Below are positions 12,878 to 30,243 of a stretch of 64,000 bases of DNA, one piece after another (positions within the stretch are counted from its first letter, which is position 1; every line of letters begins with the position of its first letter). Made by a program: the position numbers and the translations under genes. This stretch comes from Macrostomum lignano (lineage: Eukaryota), in NCBI GenBank assembly GCA_002269645.1, contig NIVC01000386.1, positions 575,186 through 639,185 of the forward strand, in the 5' to 3' direction. The notes below the pieces were generated by a model. That model saw only the letters and a list, made by a program, of their open reading frames with translations. It did not search any database and had not been told where the DNA came from.

Positions 12878-13490
12878 CCCCGATTCTCATGTGCCCGATT
12901 CTCAAGTCCCCAATTCTCATGTGCCGATTCTCATGTGCCCGATTCTCATGTGCCCGATTTGCATGTACCCGATTCTCATGTGCCCGATTCTCAAGTCCCC
13001 AATTCTCATGTGCCGATTCTCATGTGCCCGATTCTCATGTGCCCGATTTGCATGTACCCGATTCTCATGTGCCCGATTCTCAAGTCCCCAATTCTCATGT
13101 GCCGATTCTCATGTGCCCGATTCTCATGTGCCCGATTTGCATGTACCCGATTCTCATGTGCCCGATTCTCAAGTCGCCAATTCTCATGTGCCCGATTCTC
13201 AAGTCGCCAATTCTCATGTGCCCGATTCTGATGTGCCCGATTCTCATGTGCCCGATTCTCATGTGCCCGATTCTGATGTGCCTGATTCTCATGTGCCCGA
13301 TTCGCATGTGCCTGATTCTCAAGTCGCCAATTCTCATGTGCCCGATTCTCAAGTCCCCAATTCTCATGTGCCCGATTCTGATGTGCCTGATTCTCATGTG
13401 CCCGATTCGCATGTGCCCGATTCTCATGTGCCCGATTCTCATGTGCCCGATTCTGATGTGCCTGATTCTCATGTGCCCGATTCTTATGTC
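12878..13490. repeat. 15-bp minisatellite directly downstream of the WSC gene
   Basis: Unit TTCTCATGTGCCCGA. Confidence 0.93.
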
Positions 13491-13497
13491 CGGAGCC

Positions 13498-14198
13498 TCA
13501 GATTGTCCGGAATTCCCCAGCCACGGTCTCCAGCTCGTGCGGCAGAACGGCGAATTTCAGCAGGTGGCAGGCGTCCAGGTGAAACAGCACGGCCTGGCAG
13601 TTGACAACGCATTGAACCAGACAGTCAGCCAGGCTCCTGACGGGCTGCACGGTGCGGTACATCGGCCCGGCAGAGGTCAGGTTCAGGTAGACCCGGTCAG
13701 CAGAGTTGAACCGCTTGGCAACTGAAAGAAAGATAAGCGAGAAAAATCCTGGAAAGGCTTGAGCCACTAGAGAAGACACTCAGCTGGGTTGCACTTGCCT
13801 GGGTGAGAGGGGGCCAGATGGTACACGGAATTTCGATGAACGCCTCCGCAGATTTGCGAGGCGTTGCCACGGCAGTTCATGTTGCAGTCGCTACCGGGTG
13901 CAGAGCCATACCTGCCGTACAAGTTGCTGCAGAAGCATGATTCTGCATACTGAGTTCCAAAGTAGTGAAAGTTGCCGTAGCTGCAGACTTTGTCGCACAG
14001 CTCCAGAGTCATCGAGCTGGATGGCACAAGCAAACTATGCACTGAGTAGGGCCCGATGGTGGAGTGTCCTGCCAGGCCATCAAGGTCCCTGGGGTCACTG
14101 TCTGCAAAGCAGCCCATGAAAGTGAACTCAGTGGTGGCCAGCGAGTAGCCGAAGGCGATGCAGCAACAGAGAAGCGGCAGAATTGATGAGGCCTGCAT
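13498..14198 (-). CDS. Secreted WSC-domain plus PAN/apple-like protein, about 207 aa, 2 exons
   Basis: ATG 14198. Signal peptide MQASSILPLLCCCIAFGYSLA. WSC motif FMGCFAD...MTLELCDKVC...YFGTQYAESCFC...CNMNCRGNASQICGG..RNSVY. Exon 1 is 14198-13799. Exon 2 is 13721-13498 (LADCLVQCVVNCQAVLF...CHLL, PAN-like). The only phase-compatible donor is GCAAGT (GC-AG intron, 77 bp). Confidence 0.85.
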
Positions 14199-14776
14199 TG
14201 TCAGCGCTTTGCAATGTTTTTCTATTGAGAGAGGCTTCTGCCTCCGCAAGCTGCTTTATGCATTTTGCCAAACCATACTTTGAGGACGTGGGCGTTGCGA
14301 CAGCTACATGGAGGGGATGCGACACGCGCGGGCTCATCATGTACGAGACAGATGGCATAACTGGGCCCAAGGAGTCATGCCTGCAAGTTCACACTGAAAC
14401 AATAAAGCATATTGCAGCCCTGATAAGCCCATATCCAATTGTGTCCACTAACGTGTGCAGTCCGTTTCAGTTGAAGAGCCTGGGGTGAGATGGGTGAGCT
14501 GTTTTGCCTAGTAACGGAAGCAGTTGAAAATAATTTTTCCTCTGGGGATGAAAACTTTGTTAAGCTACGCAACTCAGCCCCGCCGTAGCCGAAAACTAAA
14601 AGCCAGCGAGCGGTTCCTGTCATCCTAGAAATAATAGCGAAGTTTCCTAGAGCTGCAGTTTGCAGGTCGCAAGTTGCATTTCCAAATGCGCCCAGCACAT
14701 TTGGTCGCAGAGTAGATATAAGCGTTCGGAAATGAGTTCACAGACAATCTCATAGAGCAAATGAAACAGATTCAGT

Positions 14777-14814
14777 AGACAGACAAACAGACACACAGAC
14801 AGACAGACAGACAC

Positions 14815-14869
<55 letters not shown>

Positions 14870-14890
14870 CACAGACAGACAGACAGACAC

Positions 14891-14929
<39 letters not shown>

Positions 14930-14930
14930 C

Positions 14931-14965
<35 letters not shown>

Positions 14966-15006
14966 GGCAGGCAGACAGACAGATAGACAGACAGACAGAC
15001 AGACAC

Positions 15007-15037
<31 letters not shown>

Positions 15038-15038
15038 C

Positions 15039-15078
<40 letters not shown>
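14777..15078. repeat. (CAGA)n tetranucleotide microsatellite
   Basis: Direct reading. Confidence 0.97.
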
Positions 15079-15361
15079 CTAATGTGACAGGCAAAATAAT
15101 GATACTGCATGGTCCCTAATGATGAAAAGGAGCTGCTGTAATTCATGGTAAAGAGATGCTGGTCGCTCATGATGAAGGGGAGATGCTGATCACAGCCCCA
15201 AAACAAATGAAAAAAGCAAGGCACAAAAAACTTGTCTGTCGGATTTTACAAAATCAAAGTTCCTTTCTAAAATGCAGTTGACAGATTTTTTTGCAGCACC
15301 GCGACTGTAGGAAATATAAATTGTATTTGAAATGAAATACATGACAAATTGCCGGAGTCCA

Positions 15362-18500
<3,139 letters not shown>

Positions 18501-21500
18501 GGGACTGGCGACAGGAGCTGCTGCTTAAAGGCGGTCTCTGCGCTGCTGGCTGTGGGGAGCAGGGTTTTTAATTGTATTTTGAAATATCTCTAAGCTGATG
18601 CATCTGCATCTATATACGCAACTAACAATTTGACCCAACAATTGACTAAACAAAATTAAAAAGCACAAAATAAAAATTGTTAACTAAGACTTTAGTAACT
18701 ATCGTTAACTGATAATTTCACTTTAGGTTTATTACAAGCAAAATAAATTAACTTAATAACTTAATTATTAACTTAATTGATTATAATACATAGTAATGAC
18801 AGCAAATTTAACAATAATTTTTAGTTCAATAAAGACCCTATCTATACAATACTTCCTATATACTAAAAATGAGTTGTTTACAATACTTGTATAATACTGT
18901 TTTTGGCTCTCTTCTAGTAATTGCTGGGTTCTAAATTGAACACTACTAAAAATTTGTTTCTCTTATAGCACTATTTTTAGAAATATTTTCCAATACTTGC
19001 TAGGTCAATGTTATGCAACATAACTAATGAATAAAATGACAAGGACCACTAGGAACACTTTGTTATATAGGATATAACACTCTTGATTCATGTGAAAATA
19101 GTTGAAGGCTGATTTTTATTCTTGTATACATTAGTGAGATAGACAAATTGCATGATTTTCAACATAATGTGCTGTTTGCAGAGGCCTAGGGCTATTAATT
19201 TCCAAAATTTTGCAGTATGTAACCAAAAACACTTAGCTAAATTATATTATTTTGTGGTTGAGTCATATTTTTTGGTTATTTACCATTTTTTTACATTACT
19301 TATGACTAGTAGGCCAGCTAGGTAGGCCTTATGACTAAGGACAAATGTTGATTGACTGGGAACCTAGTAGGCTTAGTAAATACTTCATAGGTCTAGACTT
19401 ATCTGATTTCTAGCTAGGCTAGTCATAACCCTAACTGCCTTAACTAACTTCTTTTTTATTGATCACATACCTGCAAAGTATGGCCTAGGGCTATTTATTA
19501 AAACTTTATTATAAATTTGAAACTCAAAAAAATTTAGGGTTTTTGATCCTAAGCCAAGGTTTTGGGACATAGGCAATCAATGACAATGAACCTAGGCCTA
19601 GAATAATAATTAGGGTCTAAAATAAAACTTTATTTGTTTTGAGAAGTTTTTAAATAAAATTAATGATACCTTATCCTTATTGCTAAGGATTTAGCAATCT
19701 TATTAAATAAGATTGTTTTTATTTAATTTTTGGGTTATCTTATTATTTCTCTTAGTATTTAGCAATTCTTTCCTAGGTTTATGCTTTAGCTATATGATAA
19801 AGATGTTATATTATCTTGACTTTCAAAATTGCAACTTCAAGTTAGACCTATAATTTAGTATCTTAGTACTAGGCTTAGCAAAAAAACCTTGGCTAAGGTA
19901 TCCTTAAGTTATAGTATCTGTCGGATTTCCATCCTCCAAATATTTGTACTTTCTATTACCTTGTACTTTTAAGTTAGCCATCTCCCTTTGTCTACCATGC
20001 CTTTCCCACAGACTATCGTAACCGTTCATTTACCACAGACAATTTGGCTGGCCTGTTCATTATTGTTAGTATAAATACAACTTCAACCCGCGGCTTAGGC
20101 CCTTCACTTCTTTCCCCTCTCTTCCTTTCTGCACCACTTAAATCGCGTTCTATTAGTTTATTGTCTATTCGACAGTATCCTTATTGTACAGTATCTTTCT
20201 TAATTGCATTTTGAACTTGGACCTTGGATACAATTTCATATTGCATCCTAGACATAGACCTAGTGTAGTGCCAGCAAAAAACCTAGGTTTTTATTTTGTT
20301 TATTTTGTTTCCCAATGATTTTTACACTCTACATGGTACTATTACTGCACTAGCAGTTATATAGTCAAGAATACATTCAGATTATGTATAGCAAGGGTTG
20401 GAAAACTTTTACCTCAAGGGCTTAATAGAGAATCTAGCTCTGATGATAGGCTAGAAGAGGAGAAAAGAAGTGTAAGAGTCACTTTTCTGCCTATCATTTT
20501 ATGTATACTGCCTTAATAAATAAGACTATTTTTCTAAATTGCTAAAAACATCTTTGTGCCTGCATAAATAAATCTTTTATTCCATTAATAGTAACTCTTA
20601 GTATTGTTTAGTAGCTCAAAGTATAACCTAGTGTTTTTATTAGTTTTAATGCGTACGCCATTATGGTTATATTTTGTATATAACCAAAAGAATAAACTGA
20701 AAGAGGAGCATCTTCCGCTGCCTGGCTTGACTTGTCTGGTCTTGCCTTCAACCTCCCCTAGCCTATCTATAATTGAGGCTTTGTAACTGAACATTGTTCT
20801 AAAAATAGCCCAGTCTTAGTCATTTGAAGGCGCTCCGCCTTCCCTCTCGCGAAGCTTGTACAGTTAGCCATGTGCAACACTCATCCCCCTATTCTCTGCT
20901 CCCAGGACGCTCAGTCCTACTCTGAGTAATTGCCTCCTCTCCCCTCTCCTGTTCCCAGCGGAACTGATGCCCGCCCCCCTTCTGCCCTCTCCCCCTTAAG
21001 TGGACAGTCTGTCTGCACACGTGTACAGCCTTATTCCCTCAGACTTATAGTCTGATCCTTGCTCAAACATCCCTATCCTTCCCTATCTCCCATATATATT
21101 AGGCGTACTGCCTTCTTACCTAAAGCGATATTAGACGCTTTGCCTACTCATGCTAGCATACCCTATTAGTTATTAGAAATTCCCCACTAATGCGCCAGTT
21201 TCCCAGGCACTCTGATCCATCGCAAAGCCCTTACTCTTCCCCCCTCTAAATACTTGGACTGAATAGAGATATAGACAGTGTCTTGCCGCTCGGACACACC
21301 ACGCCACCAGGAGCAACCCAAGGCTTACTCCTGTCAGTAGTAGAATTTGCATCTTTCTTTTTTTCCCCCAATTAAAACCCTTGTGATAATTTGATAGAAT
21401 AGGAGTCAGTAATCTCACCTTACAACAGATTTTAGTGACATCAGTGAGATTCTAATAGACTACCCAGGAGCCCTGTGACAGAAGAAAAAGAAGTGAGATA

Positions 21501-24500
21501 AGAAAAAGGAAGTGAAAGAATAATTGGAAAGATAGTTGGGATAAAATTGAAGATAGAAGAAAAAAGGAAAAGGATAAAAAGAAAAGTGAAAGGAAGGAGA
21601 GGATAAAAGAATATTTATGTCCCTGTAGTACAAATTTTCCAGGGAATTGACATCTCTAGATTTAGGCCCTAATTGATAGCAGTCATATATATATTTTTAA
21701 TTTTTTAATAATCAACTTATTGAGATCTTAAAAATGTTTATCAGCAAACTATTTTAATAAATTAAGTTAAAATTTTATAATTAAAGGTTGAGTAGTTCAG
21801 TAGTACTTGTCTGAAATTATTAGGGCCTATATATATAATATAATATTTTTATTATATGGAGGAAATGATAAAGCTCAAGTAAATATTAATCATAGAGTTC
21901 ATTTTTTTCATTTTTAATTTTATTTCATTCATGACCAGTTGTTAGGCCAATGAAGTTTTATTTGCCAAGATATACAAGCAACTACACTACTGGTAATATC
22001 TGGCTAGGATGGAATTTAATTACAACTTGAGGCCCAAGTGAAAACTTTTGTTCAAGCTCCTGTGATGCTCTTGGATATCCAGAACTGAGATGCCTAGGTC
22101 AGGTCCTGCAGCTTCCACAGGTGACTAAGGTGACAGACCAGCTAATTCTAATGCTTCCTAAACTTGATTTTGATGTTTAGAGTGACAGGATTTGTCAGCA
22201 TACATGTACCATTTGTACACATGATCCCAACACTGCTTATGAATCATTCTTTTACTATGCTAAATTTGTTAAAAGAATTTTGATGCATTTGCTTGTTTGT
22301 TATTTATTATTTCGTTTTCTTTGCTCAGTACTGTTATATCACTTTGTAACACTGCTGTACCAACAATAAAATTTCCTCAATATAGTTTATCATACCTCGT
22401 CAATTTTGTGCCAGACAGACTGCTGTTTATAATTTGAGCTATAAGCAAATAAACTCAACAAGTCTGCTTGTTTGCTAAATTCTACTGCCACTCGCAAGCC
22501 ACTTCAATTTACAAGATTATAAAGAACAGAAGAATGTTAAAACAGGGTCTGCTTTGTGATGTTTTGCTTTTTCTTCTCACTCATTTTTTCTGACTAGCCA
22601 TCTTGTGAGAAAGATTTTAAAGGATATAGTAGACCAAAGTATGCGGGTTCTGTATATGATCTTCAGACTCCAATATATTTTCAGAAACGTCACTAATGAA
22701 ACTAAGAGCGTATTCACAAAAAATACGCTCAAGATTTTCGGCTACTTTATTAATTTTGCTTCCTAAACATGAAGATTTGAATCGCTACCATACGCCTAAA
22801 AATAGGGTGTCTCCATTGTACAGGATTTTCTTGCATCTACATCTAGTGGGAAGCTAAACTAACTGACTTACTTGGTAGGGGACAAAAATCCGAACAATCT
22901 GTCGAAAAAATTAACCTTCTACATGCAACTGATTCAGAGATACAGACATTTTAATAATCAGCCTTAACTATTTTTGCACGATTTGCAAGTGTTGCGTCCT
23001 TCAAGTCTAGTAGTCCTTGTAAAATGATCGATAGGTTGTATTTTTATGCGTACATATTATCTCCCTGAAGCAGAATATGGGGTACAAAATAGCTAATTGC
23101 GATTTATAAATACGAAAATAGTAAAGCTCACTGCATTACTTTGCATAGCTAACGCCAACCAACTTACGTAATTCATGCCCTGGAGCGGCCTGTGCCGTTC
23201 TTAGAATGACTGATGATTCATAATTTGCAATATTGTAATGTCACAACTGTTGGAATCTGTAAATAAAAACTCTTACATTTTATAAAAATATATAATTAAT
23301 GAATTTAATCAATATTTTTAAAAAACGTCGCTGTTTTTTTACAAAAATTAACTGTATTTTGTTAAAGCAAGCAGAAAATGTTTTTAAATGCCGCGTAGCA
23401 TTGTGTACGTTTAATAATTGCGTCGCGATTTTCTACAATTTAATTTTATGACATCCACGAAAGTACGTGCCTAAAGTCAGGATGTCTACACTCTATCAGA
23501 TATTGACTTTCATTTTATTGCAGATCTATCCAAACTATCCTTGAGCTTCTTACACAAGTTCTTGCCAGGAACGTGTCGGATTTACATGTACACTATTGAA
23601 ATGGATACGCTACGCATGTAAATGAGCATGACACACTACATATCTAAGCGGTTGTAATTTGCTACTTAGGTATTCGGTTCAGAGTATAAACTCTATGATG
23701 AACATGCATAAACCTCACTGCAATTACGAGTATTTAAGTTTATATCTCTAAGATTTTTTTATACTGCATATTTGACGTCTAGCTAGCCTAGAACGGCCCG
23801 GCCGCTAAATAAGATTTTGCATCATGATGGTAGTACACCACAAGAGTATAAAGGACCGTGTCGTACAGTTGAAAATAAAAGTACTCGCACTTGACTGCAA
23901 GTACTTGTGAAACTTTTCATACACTTTATTTTCGTTTCTTTCTTTAAGTTTCTTTCTTTCGTTTCTTTCTTTCTATAATTCTTTATTATCTTTATTTTCG
24001 TAGAACTACTGAGAGATGATCGCGCGGTAACTGCATTTTGTTGTATCGCTATTGGTATCGAGAAATCGCGCAATCATACAACAATAATTGATTGCAGAGG
24101 ATAAGTCTAAGGTTCGAACTTATTTTTCAAAAAATCAAATTTTCTAAATAATGAAAACATTACAAAAATTACATGCACCTTTAATATTATTCTCAAAGGC
24201 CGGAGTCCATTTTACTAAATACGCGGCCTAACATATGAAGGCCGGCCTATAAAACTATTTTGAAGTTTTTGCACAAAAAATAAAAAAAATTATAATAACA
24301 ATAGGTAGGCTGATAAAAGTGTCTAGTCAGAATTTCATCAGCTTCTTTTAAATGACAAGATTTTTCAAGTTGCCCATGGTTGCATAGCATTATACCGTTT
24401 TTTAGTTGAGAAAAAAGCGAACTACATGTAAATTATATCGAATTACCAATAAATTTGTTATACTTTAATGAGTATATTTTCGATAAGTACATGTATTTGC

Positions 24501-24683
24501 ACGCAGTGTATAAATTTTTTTAAAGTTATAGCAACGAGTTATATGTTTTAACAATTATTTAGGACATTTGACTGGCTTCTTTAGCCAGTCCGCTCGTACA
24601 TGCACATATGGGTGCAAACCAGACTTGAGAAAAAGCTTAGCAAGCAAGCGAAAAAACACAGGAAAAAATACGTCGTAAATATA

Positions 24684-25392
24684 CTAGACAATCGCCGAGC
24701 TGCTGGAAACGCTAAAGGCAGACTGGCGCAAGAACTGCTGCCGCCTGAACGAGGGCTGCCTCTGGCGCTGCTGGTCCACGCAATCGTTTTGATCCACTGC
24801 GACTCTGGCAACTGCATCATTTCCAGTCTCGCTTTTCGGCCTAATCCCTATTTCCACATCTCTTCCGGTTGCGGTCGCAGTTCTAGTTTCGACAAATATT
24901 CCACTTCCGGTCACGGTTCCGCTTTCGAGCCCGCTTCCGGTTCCAAACATGCTCGCTGTTTGAAAGCCGGTTCCAGTTGCGGCAGTGCTGGAGGTGACGG
25001 CAGCGCTGTTAACCACGCACAGAGGCTGCACCGGAAGTTGACGCCACAGTCCCGTTATGGGCGGCGCCGCGCCTAGACCGGGCACATTCGGACAGCCAAA
25101 GCCGAAATTCGGAACTCCCGGCAGCAGCAGGCGGCCCGGCATGACGAACTGGCGCTCCCGATGGCGGCGCCATTTCGCTTGGCGCGCAGCTGCCAGGCCG
25201 CTGAGCTTGAACTGGCGGCAGCAGGCCACGGCGAGGGCGAGGCCGGCCAGCGCCGCCGCCAGGCCGCCGCCCAGTGCCAGCGTCAGCCGCTCCTCCTGCG
25301 GTCCCAAGCCGGCGCCGCTGGTGAAATGGCGCGGGCCGGGGTGCTGCACGGTGAGCACGCTGCCGAACTGGCGTTCAGTGCCGAGTTGCGAG
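24684..25392 (-). CDS. Probable terminal exon of a single-pass membrane protein, possibly following an Ig-like domain
   Basis: Acceptor atcttctccag at 25393. Reads SQLGTERQFGSVLTVQ (resembles the end of an Ig G-strand), then TM LTLALGGGLAAALAGLALAVACC, basic RQAKWRRHRER and a low-complexity tail to a stop at 24684. Upstream exons not resolved. Confidence 0.5.
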
Positions 25393-26354
25393 CTGGAGAA
25401 GATTCGGATTGCGTGTGAGTTATGAGAAGACAAACCTTTACTGGAAATTAACTGTCATGTACGCATGAATGAATTTTGGGGAATAGGGGATTCCTGTGGA
25501 GATGAGGATTATAGCGACTTCTGCCCCCCTTCAGTTGAACTTGTTTACTCTCTCGTGCGATTCAGTCTAGCCTTTTCTCTCTCACCCTCTGTTCACTCTG
25601 ATTGGTCCTCACCTCATCCCTCTTTAGCCTCTCGTTCTCACCCACCCCTCCTTTTATTATCTGCATTCAATCCCCCTATGTTAATGTCCAGTTGTGAGTC
25701 CGAAGCTATAACCTCTGGGCTACAACACAAGCTTGCAGCTTGTAATTAAAGAAGACTCATTATAAGAAGAGGTCAGTTTTAAGGATGGAAGAAAAGATAG
25801 AGAAGGTAAAATCTGGGTCACGCACCTTCCGCTGTCTCCAAAGAGCGAGTCCACTGGCGGCATTGAGAGAGCAGGAAATCAGGATATCTCTTCAGCTTTC
25901 TTCAGACAAAATGTTGTCACTTAAGTTTCGCCAAGCGGCGCTCAATTTATACGAACCTCGGGCACCGTGCAATCCGACACCCTGTGCAATGCCCTCCACG
26001 TGAGATGGTCGCGAACTTGCAGCCGCAGTGCGACCCCTGAGAATTAGTCAGCTAATTTGCTCATGCACGGCTGAAGCCAGCGATGACTCATCCGCGGTTT
26101 TTTGGTGGGCTTCGCTGACTCGAGGGCATCCGCGCGTAGGCTCGGTTCGACAGAGTCGCTACAACTGCGAACTGCACGCAGAGGTATCGAGTTTCACTTA
26201 AGCGGCCCCAGCGAAATTTTTAGACTGACTTTTGCAGATTTGTTCTGCGGCTAGAAACTATGGTAGAAAAACTGCCATGACGTGCACCATCAAGTATCTC
26301 TTCACTGAAAATTTACTGATAAGGAAACCTGGGACAAGTGTGAGATGTACAGAA

Positions 26355-29300
26355 ACACTGCATGCACACACTGATGCACTGCATGCACACACTGAGACAC
26401 TGCATGCACACACTGAGACACTGCATGCACACACTGATGCACTGCATGCACACACTGATGCACTGCATGCACACACTGATGCACTGCATGCACACACTGA
26501 TGCACTGCATGCACACACTGAGACACTGCATGCACACACTGATGCACTGCATGCACACACTGATACACTGCATGCACACACTGATACACTACATGCACAC
26601 ACTGATGCACTGCATGCACACACTGATACACTGTATGCACACGCTGATACACTGCATGCACACACTGAGACACTTCATGCACACACTGATGCACTGCATG
26701 CACACACTGATGCACTGCATGCACACACTGATGCACTGCATGCACACACTGATGCACTGCATGTACACACACATGCACTGCATGCACACACTGATGCACT
26801 GCATGTACACACTGAGACACTGCATGCACACACTGAGACACTGTATGCACACACTGATGCACTGCATGCACACACTGATGCACTGCATGTACACACTGAG
26901 ACACTGCATGCACACACTGATACACTACATGCACACACTGATGCACTGCATGCACACACTGATGCACTGCATGCACACACTGATGCACTGCATGCACACA
27001 CTGATGCACTGCATGCACACACTGATACACTACATGCACACACTGATGCACTGCATGCACACACTGATACACTGCATGCACACACTGATGCACTGTATGC
27101 ACACGCTGATACACTGCATGCACACACTGATGCACTGCATGCACACACTGATGCACTGCATGCACACACTGATGCACTGCATGCACACACTGAGACACTG
27201 CATGCACACACTGAGACACTGCATGCACACACTGATACACTGCATGCACACACTGATGCAATGCATGCACACACTGAGACACTGCATGCACACACTGATG
27301 CACTGCATGCACACACTAATGCACTGCATGCACACACTGAGACACTGCATGCACACACTGATGCACTGCATGCACACACAGATGCACTGCATGCACACAC
27401 TGAGACACTGCATGCACACACTGAGACACTGCATGCACACACTGATGCACTGCATGCACACACAGATGCACTGCATGCACACACTGAGACACTGCATGCA
27501 CACAGATGCACTGCATGCACACACTGAGACACTGCATGCACACACTGATACACTACATGCACACACTGATGCACTACATGCACACACTGATACACTGTAT
27601 GCACACGCTGATACACTGCATGCACACACTGAGACACTGCATGCACACACTGATGCACTGCATGCACACACTGATGCACTGCATGCACACACTGATGCAC
27701 TGCATGCACACACTGATGCACTGCATGCACACACTGATGCACTGCATGCACACACTGAGACACTGTATGTACACACTGATGCACTGCATGCACACACAGA
27801 TGCACTGCATGCACACACTGATACACTGCATGCACACACTGATACACTACATGCACACACTGATGCACTACATGCACACACTGATACACTGTATGCACAC
27901 GCTGATACACTGCATGCACACACTGAGACACTGCATGCACACACTGATGCACTGCATGCACACACTGATGCACTGCATGCACACACAGATGCACTGCATG
28001 CACACACTGATGCACTGCATGTACACACACATGCACTGCATGCACACACTGATGCACTGCATGCACACACTGAGACACTGCATGCACACACTGAGACACT
28101 GTATGCACACACTGATGCACTGCATGCACACACTGATGCACTGCATGTACACACTGAGACACTGCATGCACACACTGATACACTACATGCACACACTGAT
28201 GCACTGCATGCACACACTGATGCACTGCATGCACACACTGATGCACTGCATGCACACACTGATGCACTGCATGCACACACTGATACACTACATGCACACA
28301 CTGATGCACTGCATGCACACACTGATACACTGCATGCACACACTGATGCACTGTATGCACACGCTGATACACTGCATGCACACACTGATGCACTGCATGC
28401 ACACACTGATGCACTGCATGCACACACTGATGCACTGCATGCACACACAGATGCACTGCATGCACACACTGATGCACTGCATGCACACACAGATGCACTG
28501 CATGCACACACTGAGACACTGCATGCACACACTGAGACACTGCATGCACACACTGATACACTGCATGCACACACTGATGCAATGCATGCACACACTGAGA
28601 CACTGCATGCACACACTGATGCACTGCATGCACACACAGATGCACTGCATGCACACACTGAGACACTGCATGCACACACTGATGCACTGCATGCACACAC
28701 AGATGCACTGCATGCACACACTGAGACACTGCATGCACACACTGAGACACTGCATGCACACACTGATGCACTGCATGCACACACAGATGCACTGCATGCA
28801 CACACTGAGACACTGCATGCACACAGATGCACTGCATGCACACACTGAGACACTGCATGCACACACTGATGCACTGCATGCACACACTGATGCACTGCAT
28901 GCACACACTGATACACTACATGCACACACTGATGCACTGCATGCACACACTGATACACTACATGCACACACTGATGCACTGCATGCACACACAGATGCAC
29001 TGCATGCACACACTGAGACACTGCATGCACGCACTGATGCACTGCATGCACACACTGAGACACTGCATGCACACACTGATGCACTGCATGCACACACTGA
29101 TGCACTGCATGCACACACTGATGCACTGCATGCACACACTGATGCACTGCATGCACACACTGAGACACTGTATGTACACACTGATGCACTACATGCACAC
29201 ACTGATGCACTGCATGCACACACTGATGCACTGCATGCACACACTGATGCACTGCATGCACACACTGAGACACTGCATGTACACACACATGCACTGCATG

Positions 29301-30068
29301 CACACACTGAGACACTGCATGTACACACTGAGACACTGCATGCACACACTGATGCACTGCATGCACACACTGATGCACTGCATGCACACACTGATGCACT
29401 GCATGCACACACTGATGCACTGCATGCACACACTGAGACACTGCATGTACACACACATGCACTGCATGCACACACTGAGACACTGCATGTACACACTGAG
29501 ACACTGCATGCACACACTGATGCACTGCATGCACACACTGATGCACTGCATGCACACACTGATGCACTGCATGCACACACTGATACACTACATGCACACA
29601 CTGATGCACTGCATGCACACACTGATACACTACATGCACACACTGATGCACTACATGCACACACTGATGCACTGCATGCACACACTGATGCACTGCATGC
29701 ACACACTGATGCACTGCATGCACACACTGAGACACTGCATGTACACACACATGCACTGCATGCACACACTGAGACACTGCATGTACACACTGAGACACTG
29801 CATGCACACACAGATGCACTGCATGCACACACTGAGACACTGCATGCACACACTGATGCACTGCATGCACACACTGATGCACTGCATGCACACACTGAGA
29901 CACTGCATGCACACACTGAGACACTGCATGCACACACTGAGACACTGCATGCACACACTGAGACACTGCATGCACACACTGAGACACTGCATGCACACAC
30001 TGAGACACTGCATGCACACACTGAGACACTGCATGCACACACTGAGAAACTGCATGCACACACTGAGA
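26355..30068. repeat. 21-bp satellite, about 175 copies, with a higher-order duplication
   Basis: Unit GCACTGCATGCACACACTGAT. Shared rare variants (GATGCAATG at about 27256 and 28577; 19-bp short units at about 27500 and 28821) recur 1321 bp apart. Confidence 0.97.
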
Positions 30069-30243
30069 CACGGCAGCGAGTCATTGGTGTTGCAAATCAT
30101 TGAATTCTCTCACCAACACTGTTTCATACAGCAATATATGTATGATCTGGCACATTTTGCTCCTAGAAGTATTGCTTCTGTCAGGAAAATTCGATCAAAC
30201 AAGCGTTGCGACTCCAGCCTGTCTGAAATTCACCACCTTGCAG

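Noticed and set aside
20438-20470. CTGATGA hammerhead core (also at about 15946 and 23213)
   Set aside because: No stem II followed by GAAA and no closing stems could be built.
26232-30243. Very long ORFs (430-1013 aa) such as MHTLMHC and HTDALHA repeats, including an apparent fusion to the NTPDase
   Set aside because: They are translations of a 21-bp satellite that lacks stops in several frames on both strands; a good acceptor at 30243 explains the true NTPDase exon start.
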